Shown here one piece after another: positions 63,791 through 64,000 of a DNA stretch of 64,000 nt. Numbering within the stretch: the stretch's first letter is position 1; every line of letters begins with the position of its first letter. The translations under genes were made by a program, and so were the position numbers. This DNA is from Saccostrea cucullata. Taxonomy: Eukaryota. Location: positions 186,001-250,000 of the forward strand of contig NW_026929586.1 of NCBI RefSeq assembly GCF_032062105.1. Direction: 5' to 3'. The notes beneath the pieces were generated by a model. The model was not told where the DNA came from. It did not search any database and was given only the letters and a program-made list of their open reading frames with translations.

Positions 63791-64000
63791 AGTCAACGAC
63801 GATCGAATTGTCTAAAATCGGCGAAACTCTCAACTTCCGGCCGAGGAAAGGTGATTTGCAGAGAAATGTTGGAAAACGTGTGAATGCGGCGAACATACTG
63901 CAAGATTCAGCCCGATTAGATTTTGTTTCAATAAATGAGAGCTCCCGATGTTTGAGGAAGACCCGACTTTGGCGAGAAATTCTCGCTATTAGCCAGAAAA

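Overview
AT-rich, intron-containing animal DNA, most likely an oyster (Ostreidae). That assignment is inferred from ~166-bp Cg170-like satellite units carried inside Helentron-type non-autonomous elements. Manual splice reconstruction supports four protein genes and one pseudogene. (1) The last two exons of a coclaurine N-methyltransferase/CMAS-family SAM methyltransferase (+), preceded by about eight degenerate copies of its own splice acceptor plus exon start. (2) An intronless Ig-TM-TIR (IL-1R-like architecture) receptor pseudogene (-). (3) A 27-exon gene (-) for a ~1320-aa secreted protein with 12 FN3 domains, one Ig domain and no TM segment; it has an apparent 1-bp frameshift in exon 2. 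(4) A 5-exon type II membrane GT-A (GT2-like) glycosyltransferase (+), head-to-head with gene 3. (5) A small GPI-type protein of tandem conotoxin-like knottin modules (-), with two homologous, phase-compatible signal-peptide exons 8.5 kb apart. The rest is transposon debris: HINE/Helentron elements, Penelope-like RT fragments and ~9 copies of their structured 3' tail, tRNA-derived SINEs, a mariner fragment, many MITEs with readable TSDs, and nested insertions. No rRNA, true tRNA or CRISPR was found. All gene models come from hand reading, and no database search was run.
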